DNA from: Candidatus Pacearchaeota archaeon
GTDB lineage: Archaea; Nanobdellota; Nanobdellia; Pacearchaeales; GW2011-AR1
Assembly: GCA_009694725.1 (NCBI GenBank)
Contig: SICV01000002.1
Span: forward strand, 26,966-90,965
DNA length: 64,000 bases
Direction of reading: 5' to 3'
Positions 1 through 8,513 of this stretch are shown here, one piece after another (position 1 is the first letter of the stretch; each line of letters begins with the position of its first letter). The notes beneath the pieces were generated by a model. The model was given only the letters and a program-made list of their open reading frames with translations. It was not told where the DNA came from and ran no database searches. The position numbers and the translations under genes were made by a program.

Positions 1-11
1 TTTATACTTTC

Positions 12-1544
12 TTAGAAGAACTTACTTATCTTTGTGTTCTTATTTTGTGCGTGGATTTCTTTTTGAATGGTTTCGATGGTGGTGTGCATCTTTTTTTCTT
101 TTCTGATGGATGAGTAGTGGTTAATTTCATCCCGGGTGTCCTTGGTGATGAGCATGATGAGTTTGCCGGGAGCGAGTCTCGCGGTTCTGCCCGCTCGCTG
201 GATTTTTCGGATTGCGGAAGCTACGGGTTCATAGAAGATGACCGCATTTACTTCAGGGATGTCGAGCCCTTCTTCTCCGATTGAAGTGGCTATGAGCACA
301 TTTTTTTCCAGGGCTTTGAATTGCTCGATGATTGCTTTTTGTTCTTTTTGGGAGAGTCCTCGTCCCGCTTTCTTTGCTTGACCGATGAACATGACTGGTC
401 GGGCGTGGAGTACTTTTTCTAATCGGGCTCTAATTGCCTCTGCTGTGTCTCTAAATTGGGTAAAGACAATAAGTTTTGCGTTTGTATTTTCTGTGAATTC
501 TTTTTCCGCGATTATTGCTAATTCTTCTACTTTGGGATGTTCGAATCCTTTGGCGAGGAGCTGGGTGAGGGAGAGTTGGGTTGCTCTGAATTCTGGTTGC
601 TTGACCAGTTGTTGGACTCCCTTACTTTGTTGCTCTTCTGCTTGCTTATCGAGGTTATCCAGGTATAATTTGAGCCCGGCGAGCGATTGGGTTTCTACGA
701 GTTCTATTGCATGTGCAATCTTCAGGGCTTGGGAGGTGAGAGACATACCTCGGAATTTCTGCACGCCTGCTCCTTGCATGGCGAGTCTTGCTTGGAGTGT
801 AATAAGGGTGATTCGATTGACCGGGCCGAAGAGGACGCCGAGGCCCCGGAGCTCGTCCGTTTTTTTATTATAGATTCGTGTGAGGAGCACTTTGAGCTCG
901 ATGAGTTCTGTGGGAAACGGGACTTCTACTTTTGTGAATTCTAGTTCTTTGAGGTACGGTTTGACATCCAAGGAGTCGCGGGTTCTCAGCTCTATTGTTT
1001 CGATGGCTAAGTGGTTGCAGATTTGTCTCACGATGTCAGGATCTGAGCCTGGGCTTGCAGTAAGTCCGAGAATGCGCGGATGGAGAGATTGTTGCTTGTA
1101 TGCTTGGACAACTTTGGTGTAATCGTATTGCTTGAGACAGCGATGGGCTTCATCAATAATAATGAGCGAAACATCGTGGAGTGAGTAGAGGTGTTTGGCA
1201 AGATCATTGGCAATGCATTGAGGAGTAGATAGGATTATTTCTCCCGTGTTGAAGAGTTTTTTTCGTTCAGGTGCTTTGATTTCTCCGGTAAACATGATGC
1301 GTTCGGCAAAGAGCTCAGGGAGTTGTTTGTTTACATAGTCGTAATGTTGTTCTACTAAGGGCTTGGTAGGGGCAAGAAAGAGAATCTTTGAACCGGGATG
1401 TTCTCTGAGTCGATGGATGAGGAGATGGAGTGCAATGAGGGTTTTGCCGACCCCTGTTGGTAATACGACAAGAGTGTTTTTCTCTTTGCATGATTCGAGA
1501 ATGGTTGCTTGATAGTCTCGTAATGTAAGTAGATTGGGGAGCAT
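12..1544 (-). CDS. SF2 DEAH-box helicase, Hef/FANCM-type
   Basis: 510-aa ORF. Motif I VLPTGVGKT, motif II IIDEAHRC, motif III LTASP, motif VI QRAGRTAR. TATA-like CCTTTATACC lies about 25 nt upstream of the ATG on the minus strand. Confidence 0.8.
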   Translation of the reverse strand: MLPNLLTLRDYQATILESCKEKNTLVVLPTGVGKTLIALHLLIHRLREHPGSKILFLAPTKPLVEQHYDYVNKQLPELFAERIMFTGEIKAPERKKLFNTGEIILSTPQCIANDLAKHLYSLHDVSLIIIDEAHRCLKQYDYTKVVQAYKQQSLHPRILGLTASPGSDPDIVRQICNHLAIETIELRTRDSLDVKPYLKELEFTKVEVPFPTELIELKVLLTRIYNKKTDELRGLGVLFGPVNRITLITLQARLAMQGAGVQKFRGMSLTSQALKIAHAIELVETQSLAGLKLYLDNLDKQAEEQQSKGVQQLVKQPEFRATQLSLTQLLAKGFEHPKVEELAIIAEKEFTENTNAKLIVFTQFRDTAEAIRARLEKVLHARPVMFIGQAKKAGRGLSQKEQKAIIEQFKALEKNVLIATSIGEEGLDIPEVNAVIFYEPVASAIRKIQRAGRTARLAPGKLIMLITKDTRDEINHYSSIRKEKKMHTTIETIQKEIHAQNKNTKISKFF

Positions 1545-1591
1545 ACGTTTGTTATTTTCTTCAGGTATAAAGGGTTATTGCTTGTCTCAAA

Positions 1592-1924
1592 TTATCTTTT
1601 TCTTTTCTTTTGTTGTTTTTTTATGCTTTCGTATATCTTTCCAATTCCAGTCCCGATTCCGAAAGCAATTGCCATACTACATAGAATTACTAAAATCATT
1701 AAGAGCGGTTCTATTTTATCACACGCCCCATTGTCCGCAAGGGGATTACATCCAAAAATTGAAGTAACTGTGAATGCAATTATGAGTGAAGGGATAAGGA
1801 TTACTGAAAGAATAGTGTTTAGAAAACTATTTTCTGTTGATTCATCTGAAGCGTTTAACCATATTGCACCGAGCCCAAGAAAAAAACTACCGCGATTATA
1901 CCTCCCCTCTTCCAATATGGCCAC
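1592..1924 (-). CDS. small membrane protein (hypothetical)
   Basis: 110-aa ORF with hydrophobic helices and a Lys/Arg-rich C-terminus. Same strand as its neighbours. The overlapping + strand ORFs look like antisense artefacts. Confidence 0.45.
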   Translation of the reverse strand: MAILEEGRYNRGSFFLGLGAIWLNASDESTENSFLNTILSVILIPSLIIAFTVTSIFGCNPLADNGACDKIEPLLMILVILCSMAIAFGIGTGIGKIYESIKKQQKKRKR

Positions 1925-1970
1925 TCTTTCCAGTTCATTCTTCTTCCTCTTTACTCTTCTTTAATTACTT

Positions 1971-2615
1971 TTAGAATTTTCCTGCGAGGAGGAGAGCGTA
2001 GATGACCAGGATAGTTGTGCCGAGGAGGCAGAGGGTATAGAGGACGCGTGAGCCGAAGAAGAGCTGGGTACCATCGAGCTTGGAGAATGGAATCATTGAA
2101 GCTACGGCATACCAGGCAGTCATTTGGACTAAGTATTCATGTCCTCCGAGGTAGGCGAGGAAGGCGAGAATCCAGAGTCCAAGCATACCGAGTGCTCCGA
2201 TGAGTGCGTTATGCCACTCAGTCATTGCGGCATAACTATAGAATCCAAATCGTTTTGCTGCACGATGGGTTGCTGCACGTGTTTCATAGGTGAGAAATGC
2301 AGGGAATTTAATGAGTCCCAGGGTGAAAAGCGAAAGGACAAGAGGGAATATCATTCCTGCGGGAAATCCTTGACTCAAGTAGTGATGTTTCTTGAATCCA
2401 AATCGATGAAGGGTCCAGAGTTCATGTTCAACGTCTGCATCTAAGAGGTGCGCACCTATTTTTTTGCTTGCTACTGCAACAGCGACAAGAATGAGGCTGT
2501 AGGTGAGTATTTGCGGGATGACTTCCGCTCCTTGTTCGAGGCTTGGGGCAAATGCGCTGGTGATTCCGAGGATGAGTATTGCGCCGAGTATGTGCAGGAA
2601 TTCACGTTTATTCAT
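1971..2615 (-). CDS. polytopic membrane protein, possibly degenerate M50 (site-2-protease-like)
   Basis: 214 aa with multiple TM segments. EHELW is an imperfect HExxH. IPFSKLDG resembles the M50 NxxPxxxLDG motif. Confidence 0.5.
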   Translation of the reverse strand: MNKREFLHILGAILILGITSAFAPSLEQGAEVIPQILTYSLILVAVAVASKKIGAHLLDADVEHELWTLHRFGFKKHHYLSQGFPAGMIFPLVLSLFTLGLIKFPAFLTYETRAATHRAAKRFGFYSYAAMTEWHNALIGALGMLGLWILAFLAYLGGHEYLVQMTAWYAVASMIPFSKLDGTQLFFGSRVLYTLCLLGTTILVIYALLLAGKF

Positions 2616-2727
2616 TCTTATCTACTTCTTTGGTTTTATATAAACACTCTGTTGGTGAGATGTAGTGTTTCATCATACGTGTTCTGTAAGCATAAAGTAT
2701 AAATAGTGGATTTTGAACTGCAGAGGT

Positions 2728-3021
2728 ATGTTACGAGTCAAAAAGATTAGTGAAGTTATTGGAAAGCATGTGTATACCGCTGATGGCGACTATTTTGGTC
2801 AGATTGAAGAGGTCACCTTAGTTGATAACAAAATTGAAGGGTGGCGCATTAAAGTTGGATCTGGATTGACTGCTGGTCTTGGTGGAGCTCGAGGAGTCAT
2901 TATCCCCCATCAATTTGTTCGGGCAATTGGGGATGTCTTTATTATTACGAAGGCGCAAGTGCCAAGTCGTGAAGAACCAATGGTTCCCGCTGCCGGTGGT
3001 AGCGATGATATGTTGATGTAA
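2728..3021 (+). CDS. PRC-barrel domain protein
   Basis: The sequence VIGKHVYTADGDYFGQIEEVTLVDNKIEGWRIKV is typical of a PRC barrel. The start was moved to the ATG 25 nt downstream of TATA GTATAAATA. Confidence 0.7.
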   Translation: MLRVKKISEVIGKHVYTADGDYFGQIEEVTLVDNKIEGWRIKVGSGLTAGLGGARGVIIPHQFVRAIGDVFIITKAQVPSREEPMVPAAGGSDDMLM

Positions 3022-3058
3022 GTAACGTTTTTGTTTATTTTCTTGATTATTCTTTAGG

Positions 3059-3093
3059 TATTTGATGTACGCTGAGATGTGAGGTTTAAGTAA
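3059..3093 (+). repeat. intergenic motif copy (TATTTGATGTACGC..GAGGTTTAAGTAA)
   Basis: Member of the recurrent motif family ATCTGATGTACGC-TTTGRTGAGRGGTTTAGGAAG. Lies 38 nt after the stop of the PRC-barrel gene. Confidence 0.5.
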
Positions 3094-3159
3094 TGGGTTT
3101 TTTGTTTGTTTTCATATTTTGAGCAGTATATTTATATAGGGGTTTTGGTTTTGCAGAGA

Positions 3160-3645
3160 ATGGATTTTTCCTTGTTCACGTCCTCGTTTGCACAAGCGCT
3201 GTTGGTGTTTGTATTGGTATTTGCCCTTATTTTTGCGATTTTACAGAAGACACAATTACTTGGTGCGAATAAGTCTCAGATTGATGCGCTTGTTGCGGGT
3301 TCGGCTGCATTGCTTGTTTTGAGCGCAGGGTATGCCCTTGAAATTATTCAAGGATTGATTCCGTTTTTAGCAGTTTCTCTTGTGGTGATTCTAGTGTTCT
3401 TGCTTCTTGCTGGCTTCTTTTGGAAAGAGTTTGAAGTTCCGGGTTGGATGAAGACGACTGCATTTGCACTTGCATTCGTTGCGGTTGTGATTGCGGTGTT
3501 GAATCTTACGGGGGGGTATGATCGTATTGCCGGATTCTTTAATGAATGGTCTTCTCTTTGGGGTAACGTATTACTGCTTGTTATTGTGGGTATTGCCATT
3601 GCAGTTGCACTTTCTTCGGGTAAATCCGGGGGAAAGAAAGACTAA
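3160..3645 (+). CDS. 4-TM membrane protein, tandem paralog 1
   Basis: N-terminus FALIFAILQKTQLLG matches FALVFGIMQKTKILG of the next gene. TATA TATTTATATAGG lies 25 nt upstream of this ATG. Confidence 0.6.
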   Translation: MDFSLFTSSFAQALLVFVLVFALIFAILQKTQLLGANKSQIDALVAGSAALLVLSAGYALEIIQGLIPFLAVSLVVILVFLLLAGFFWKEFEVPGWMKTTAFALAFVAVVIAVLNLTGGYDRIAGFFNEWSSLWGNVLLLVIVGIAIAVALSSGKSGGKKD

Positions 3646-3686
3646 CTAAACAGAAGATATAAAAAGAGGATTCACGAAACACAACT

Positions 3687-4169
3687 ATGGATATACAATC
3701 GATTCTGATGCAATGGCAGAGCGTTGGTGTGTTTGATTATCTTCTTCCGTTCTTATTGATTTTTGCCCTCGTATTTGGGATTATGCAAAAGACTAAGATT
3801 TTGGGTGATGAAAAAGGGATTAATGTTTTGGTGGGGATTGTTGTTTCGTTACTTGCACTTCAATTAGATCTTGTACCTCGATTTTTCCAGGAAGCCTTTC
3901 CTCGCCTGGCTGTAGGTCTTGTGGTCTTATTTTGTTTGATGATTCTTATGTATATGTTTATTGATGACAAGAGTGGCCCTGGACTTAATTATGGGCTTTT
4001 AGCTGTTGGTTTTGTCATTGCGATCGTCATCTTTAGTCAATCCTTTGAGCAATTTGGCTGGAGTGGCAGCTTTGGATATGATCAGTATGTGGGTTGGATT
4101 GTAGGGGCAGTGCTTTTGATTGGAGTGATTATCGCTATTTCCTCTTCGGGTTCAGGTAAACCGAAATAA
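3687..4169 (+). CDS. 4-TM membrane protein, tandem paralog 2
   Basis: 160 aa with the same topology and N-terminal motif as 3160..3645. Upstream TATA is GATATAAAAAG. Confidence 0.65.
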   Translation: MDIQSILMQWQSVGVFDYLLPFLLIFALVFGIMQKTKILGDEKGINVLVGIVVSLLALQLDLVPRFFQEAFPRLAVGLVVLFCLMILMYMFIDDKSGPGLNYGLLAVGFVIAIVIFSQSFEQFGWSGSFGYDQYVGWIVGAVLLIGVIIAISSSGSGKPK

Positions 4170-4175
4170 TGTCCC

Positions 4176-4670
4176 ATGGTTGTTGATATTTCTGGTCTTG
4201 GGTATTTATTGCCTATTTGGTCGTTCTTGTTAGTGTTTATTATTTCATTTGCTGTAATGGTTTCTACGAAGATTGTGGGGGAGAATAAGTTTTGGTTAGT
4301 GTTTGTGTCATTTGTGCTCGCGACGTTGTTTATTACCGCCGCTGGAGCGCGAGAATATGTTGAGACTACGGCTCCCTGGGCAATTGTGATGTTGATCGTC
4401 GGATTCTTTATTTTGATGATTACTGGCTTTCTTGGCGGTAAGGCTAAGGAAATGCAAGGACCAGTTGGTATCGCATTAGTTATTGTCTTATTACTTATCT
4501 TTTTATTTGCTGCACTTAATATGTTCAGTGATCAGTTGTGGCAGTATACGCCTGACGGGTCTTCGATGAATCCATTTCTTTCGTGGGTGTATTCAGGGCC
4601 CGTTGCAGGAATGGTTATCTTATTAGCGGTGTGCGCGTTAGTTGGCTGGGTTTTGGTTAAGGTCAAGTAA
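4176..4670 (+). CDS. 4-TM membrane protein, tandem paralog 3 (more divergent)
   Basis: 164 aa with similar length and topology. Motif FAVMVSTKIVG sits at the equivalent position. Confidence 0.6.
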   Translation: MVVDISGLGYLLPIWSFLLVFIISFAVMVSTKIVGENKFWLVFVSFVLATLFITAAGAREYVETTAPWAIVMLIVGFFILMITGFLGGKAKEMQGPVGIALVIVLLLIFLFAALNMFSDQLWQYTPDGSSMNPFLSWVYSGPVAGMVILLAVCALVGWVLVKVK

Positions 4671-4712
4671 CTTTGTTTGTGTATTGTAGGTTTGATTCTT
4701 TCGCTGTTATGT

Positions 4713-4918
4713 CAAGGAACTTGATAGAAAACCACACTCTTTAGAGTGTGGTGGTTCCTTGAGCACAAGAGAATTTTTATCTGAAATTCTCTGTGCAGCA
4801 AATCGATAGATTTGCATGCATCCAAAACACGAGTGCCTGTTTCAAACCATGTCCTAAAGGACATGGTGGCACATCGTGTTTATGATCTTGTGTATGTTTT
4901 GATGAGTGGTTTAGGGAG
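4713..4918. ncRNA. candidate structured RNA / repeat element 'A' (paralog of 25491..25700)
   Basis: Four hairpins plus conserved blocks GAGCACA, GCATCCAAAACACGAGTGCC and GGTGGCACATCGT shared with element B. Stems differ by compensatory changes. Strand is unresolved. Confidence 0.4.
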
Positions 4919-5012
4919 CGTATTGGAAGGTGTATTTTCTTGTGATGCATCTCTTTTTTGCTTTTGGGTTGTTCGGCATCTAATGTATTTTTTGATGGTC
5001 TTGTTTGCCTGA

Positions 5013-5053
5013 TATCTGATGTACGTTCTTGTGGGGTGTTGAGGGATCGTAGA
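5013..5053 (+). repeat. intergenic motif copy (TATCTGATGTACGTTCTTGTGGGGTGTTGAGGGATCG)
   Basis: Second motif copy in the 4671-5065 spacer. The first copy forms the tail of element A (4881-4918). Confidence 0.5.
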
Positions 5054-5065
5054 AATCGAATGTAT

Positions 5066-5737
5066 TTATTCTGATTGAGCTTGAGTTTGGCGTGTTCTAT
5101 TTGGTGTTTGGGCTTGTGCTTGTGTTTGTGTTTGTTGCCCTCGGGCACCCATGGATTTGACTGTCTTTTGGGTTTCGATGAGTTCTCGCTTGACATCTTC
5201 AACATTGGTGAGATAATCCCCGACGCGTTGGAGGAGAGAGAGTTGGAGTTTATCAATGATGTTTTCAATGCGCTTGAGACGTTCATCAAGTGAGCGTAGT
5301 TGCGATTCGCTTGTTCCTTTGAAGATGGAGAGTTGATTGAGGGTGTTCTCTACACGGCTCATTTTTTCTGTTACAACTTGTTCTGCTATTTCTGTAATGG
5401 TGTCTCCGCTTACTCCCCCACTTCCTCCTCCTGAAGTATACGCATATTGTTGACTCTGATCTTGATAGGCTTGATCGGCGTATTGTTGTTGTGGTTGAGG
5501 TTCGGGTTGAGGGATTGCCATGGGGGTTGTATCCTGAGAGTATCCTGTTGCGGAGAGCGAGGGTTGAAGGTCTTGCTCATTTTGAGCAGGAGCATTGACT
5601 GCGTCTCGGATTGCTGAGGTTGCAAGCGCTTCAGTCACTTCTTGTGCGCGATATCCCCTTCTTGTCAGTAATTGACTAATTACTTCATCTGATGTGCCTT
5701 GTTGGCGTAATTGATAGACTTCATCTGTGAGGGTCAT
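5066..5737 (-). CDS. coiled-coil protein with Q/P-rich linker (hypothetical)
   Basis: 223 aa. Small helical N-domain, low-complexity PQPEPQPQQQ linker, heptad-like C-terminal half. Overlaps the upstream ORF by 1 nt. Confidence 0.6.
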   Translation of the reverse strand: MTLTDEVYQLRQQGTSDEVISQLLTRRGYRAQEVTEALATSAIRDAVNAPAQNEQDLQPSLSATGYSQDTTPMAIPQPEPQPQQQYADQAYQDQSQQYAYTSGGGSGGVSGDTITEIAEQVVTEKMSRVENTLNQLSIFKGTSESQLRSLDERLKRIENIIDKLQLSLLQRVGDYLTNVEDVKRELIETQKTVKSMGARGQQTQTQAQAQTPNRTRQTQAQSE

Positions 5738-6012
5738 TATGCTCTGAGCATATCCATTTGTCTTTGGATACTAGCTACCTCCTCTTTTCGTGCACTATTA
5801 TTTGCTTGTTCAGCAAGATTACGAGTGAGTTCTTTGAGGCGTTGGGTATCACTTTGCAGAGAAACGACTATTTTTTTTGTCTCTGTCAATTCTTGAATAA
5901 GTCCGTCTCGTAATTCAACGAGGGTTTGTCCTATTAAGAGCACCCTTTCTTTGAGTAGACGCTGTCGTTCCTCTGTATCACGAATACGTGCATCTGTTAT
6001 CACCTCAGACAT
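5737..6012 (-). CDS. small coiled-coil protein (hypothetical)
   Basis: 91 aa, entirely helical/heptad-like. TATA TTTTTAAACC lies 25 nt upstream. Divergent from the pilus ATPase. Confidence 0.6.
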   Translation of the reverse strand: MSEVITDARIRDTEERQRLLKERVLLIGQTLVELRDGLIQELTETKKIVVSLQSDTQRLKELTRNLAEQANNSARKEEVASIQRQMDMLRA

Positions 6013-6095
6013 AGGACAGTATGGATGGAGGGGTTTAAAAATTGTTGTGGAGCAAACCCTTTTAATGAGAGGAGTCTAGACCGTTTTAGGTGATT

Positions 6096-8360
6096 ATGTT
6101 ATTCAAAGAAAAAGCCCTCTTGTATGCAACCGAATTGGAACGAAAACAAGGTGAAACGCTCTTGTATGTGAATTATTTACAAGCGCCCTTTGTTCCCAGC
6201 CTTATCGATGGTCCCGGGGTCATGGCACGGACAATTGATGCTTTGATTCAGCATCCCGAGGTGAGTGGTCTTGTATTTGTACAACAACGACACTATGCGT
6301 ATACCCATGCACAAGTGCGTCTTTTGAGTGAAATTGCACGTTTACACACTTTTTTAACTAAACATGAAAAGATCCTTTCTCTTGAACTTTTGAATTTGTT
6401 TGGATCGGGGGAATCTCTCTTTGCCGATATGCATTACCTTATGGATTTACTTCGACAAGACCCGATGAGTTGTTATACTGAAGTGAAACGACGAGCAGTA
6501 CAGCTACGAGTACAGGTGACAAGTGGACAGGTAGCTAATCAACAAGGACTTTTAGGGTATGTGCGTTTACTTGAGCGAATACAGGGATTATTAGAGGGAA
6601 CTACCCTCATTGGGCAGGGCATTACACGAGGAATTATTTCGGGGAAAGTTTTGTATCAAGAAGTATTTCGTCCTGCCATCTTGCCGAACTTTAGTTTTAC
6701 TCGTCTTGCTGCTCAATTTCCGTTACATTCTAAACTTGTTGATCAATATACTATTCGAAGTGGAGAGGAAGAAGCAACGGTTACTTTATTACAAGTTCCC
6801 AATGATGCAAAATATATTTATCATGTATTACCTCCTGAATACCTGTTATCTGAAGAGCACCATCTTCTTTTGATGGTTGCTCGTCAAGTATTAATTGAAC
6901 ACCGACCTAAGGCCGAAGAATTCACTGATCCTGAAAAAACGCGCTCTATCTTTATACAAGTTGCACGAGATTTGTTAATGGAGTTGGGGGGACAGCGAAA
7001 CATTGCCCTTTCTTATTCAGATCTTGAACGATTAAGTCATATTCTTGTTCGACATACTATTGGATTTGGTATTTTGGAAGTGTTGCTTTGGGATCAAAAA
7101 TTGCAAGACATTGCTTTGAATGCTCCTATTGCGCAAAATCCTATTTTTGTTCGGCATGAAACGTTTGATGCCTGTGTAACCAATGTTGTGCCGAGTTATG
7201 AAGATGCAGATTCCTGGGCAGGAAAATTACGTTTGCAATCAGGAAGACCTTTGGATGAAGCAAATCCTATTTTAGATACTGATTTAGTATTCGGAGGTAT
7301 ACGGGCGAGAGTTGCTGCTATCAAGGAACCGCTTTCTCCTGCAGGCTTGGCGTATGCATTACGTCGTCATCGTGATCAACCTTGGACACTTCCTTTGTTT
7401 ATTCAGCGTAAAATGTTGAATCCCCTTGCTGCAGGTTTATTGAGTTTCTTAATCGATGGAAGTCGTACGTTACTTGTCGCGGGTACGCGGAGTTCAGGGA
7501 AAACAAGCTTATTGGGAAGTTTATTGTTAGAAGTCATGCCCCAGCATCGTATTGTGGTTGTAGAGGATACGTTAGAATTGCCCGTTGATGCTTTGCGAGA
7601 GATAGGGTATGATATATTACGTATGAAAGTTCGTTCTGCTTTGGTTACGGGAAGTACCGAGGTGGAAGCATCTGAAGGTATTCGTACTTCGTTACGTTTA
7701 GGAGATTCGGCCCTTATTGTAGGAGAAGTACGAAGTGGAGAGGCAAAAGCATTGTATGAAGCAATGCGAGTTGGAGCTCTCGCAAATGTTGTTGCAGGGA
7801 CCATTCATGGCGATTCTCCGTATGGAGTATTTGATCGTGTGGTGAATGACTTGGGTGTGCCCACGACCAGTTTTAAGGCAACAGACATCATTGTGGTTGC
7901 CAATCCGGTACGCACACCCGATGGGCTTCACTCGGTTCGTCGCATTATGAGTATTACCGAAGTACGTAAACATTGGACAAAGGATCCGGTCGCTGAAGGG
8001 GGATTTGTTGATTTAATGCGGTATAATGTTGAAACTGATCAGCTTGAACCGACACCAGAATTATTAAATGGAGATTCTGAAATTGTGAAAGCGATAGCTG
8101 GAACGGTTAAAGGATGGGCAGGGAATTGGGATGCCGTCTGGGATAATATTTTGTTACGTGCTGATATGAATCAGGCATTAGTGGGAATTGCCGAACGATT
8201 GAAAAAGCCACTGCTTCTTGAAGCTCCGTTTCACGCTTTAGCGAATCATCATTTTCATCGCATTGCTGAACAGGTACACATTGAACGAGGATTACCTGAT
8301 AGAATCCTTGTTTTTGCTCGATGGGAAGCCTGGTTAGGACAGGCTGCGCAGGCGTTTTAG
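6096..8360 (+). CDS. type II/IV secretion-family ATPase (FlaI/ArlI-PilB-like) with ~450-aa N-terminal extension
   Basis: Walker A GTRSSGKTS, Asp box/Walker B RIVVVEDTLEL, His box VVAGTIHGDSP. ATG at 6096 chosen over GTG at 6090. Confidence 0.85.
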   Translation: MLFKEKALLYATELERKQGETLLYVNYLQAPFVPSLIDGPGVMARTIDALIQHPEVSGLVFVQQRHYAYTHAQVRLLSEIARLHTFLTKHEKILSLELLNLFGSGESLFADMHYLMDLLRQDPMSCYTEVKRRAVQLRVQVTSGQVANQQGLLGYVRLLERIQGLLEGTTLIGQGITRGIISGKVLYQEVFRPAILPNFSFTRLAAQFPLHSKLVDQYTIRSGEEEATVTLLQVPNDAKYIYHVLPPEYLLSEEHHLLLMVARQVLIEHRPKAEEFTDPEKTRSIFIQVARDLLMELGGQRNIALSYSDLERLSHILVRHTIGFGILEVLLWDQKLQDIALNAPIAQNPIFVRHETFDACVTNVVPSYEDADSWAGKLRLQSGRPLDEANPILDTDLVFGGIRARVAAIKEPLSPAGLAYALRRHRDQPWTLPLFIQRKMLNPLAAGLLSFLIDGSRTLLVAGTRSSGKTSLLGSLLLEVMPQHRIVVVEDTLELPVDALREIGYDILRMKVRSALVTGSTEVEASEGIRTSLRLGDSALIVGEVRSGEAKALYEAMRVGALANVVAGTIHGDSPYGVFDRVVNDLGVPTTSFKATDIIVVANPVRTPDGLHSVRRIMSITEVRKHWTKDPVAEGGFVDLMRYNVETDQLEPTPELLNGDSEIVKAIAGTVKGWAGNWDAVWDNILLRADMNQALVGIAERLKKPLLLEAPFHALANHHFHRIAEQVHIERGLPDRILVFARWEAWLGQAAQAF

Positions 8361-8386
8361 GTTTTCTTTTTATTTTTCTCGTCTAT

Positions 8387-8422
8387 TATCTGATGTATGT
8401 ATTTGATGAGAGGTTCAGAGAA
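8387..8422 (+). repeat. intergenic motif copy (TATCTGATGTATGTATTTGATGAGAGGTTCAGAGAA)
   Basis: Follows the T-rich tract after the ATPase stop codon. Confidence 0.5.
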
Positions 8423-8455
8423 AAAGGAGATACCTGTGAAAGATAGGGTCGTTGG

Positions 8456-8498
8456 TATCTGATGTATGATTTGAGCATCTTTTTCAGAAGGGGCTTAG
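8456..8498 (+). repeat. intergenic motif copy (TATCTGATGTATGATTTGAGCATC..GGGGCTTAG)
   Basis: Second tandem copy in the same convergent spacer. Confidence 0.45.
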
Positions 8499-8513
8499 TT
8501 GGTTTTCTCTTAT

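Noticed and set aside
385-1213. Several 60-160-aa ORFs antisense to the helicase gene, and similar antisense ORFs inside the ATPase, platform, SRP54, FtsY and giant genes
   Set aside because: They are embedded antisense in strongly supported long genes, have odd composition and lack promoter context. These are typical shadow ORFs.
4713-4918. Elements A and B as SRP RNA, RNase P RNA, 5S rRNA or split-tRNA halves
   Set aside because: They lack the helix-8 GNAR/AGCA motif of SRP RNA, the GGAAAGUCC and ACAGAA-type blocks of RNase P RNA, and the 5S loop motifs. The TTCAAAT-like stretch has no matching T-stem or acceptor strand, so no tRNA half can be folded. They remain unclassified.
4777-5289. 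170-aa ORF, and ORF 4812..5012, covering the element A region
   Set aside because: The translation is low-complexity and His/Lys-rich. It overlaps the well-supported coiled-coil gene at 5066..5737 and spans a region that folds into conserved hairpins. It is most likely a non-coding artefact.
8387-8422. Recurrent motif as a hammerhead ribozyme or C/D-box sRNA (contains CTGATG, TTGATGAG, CAGA)
   Set aside because: The hammerhead core needs CUGAUGA...CGAAA plus three stems. The copies have UUGAUGAG and no CGAAA or consistent stems. For a C/D sRNA, no upstream C box or properly spaced terminal D box (CUGA) is present.
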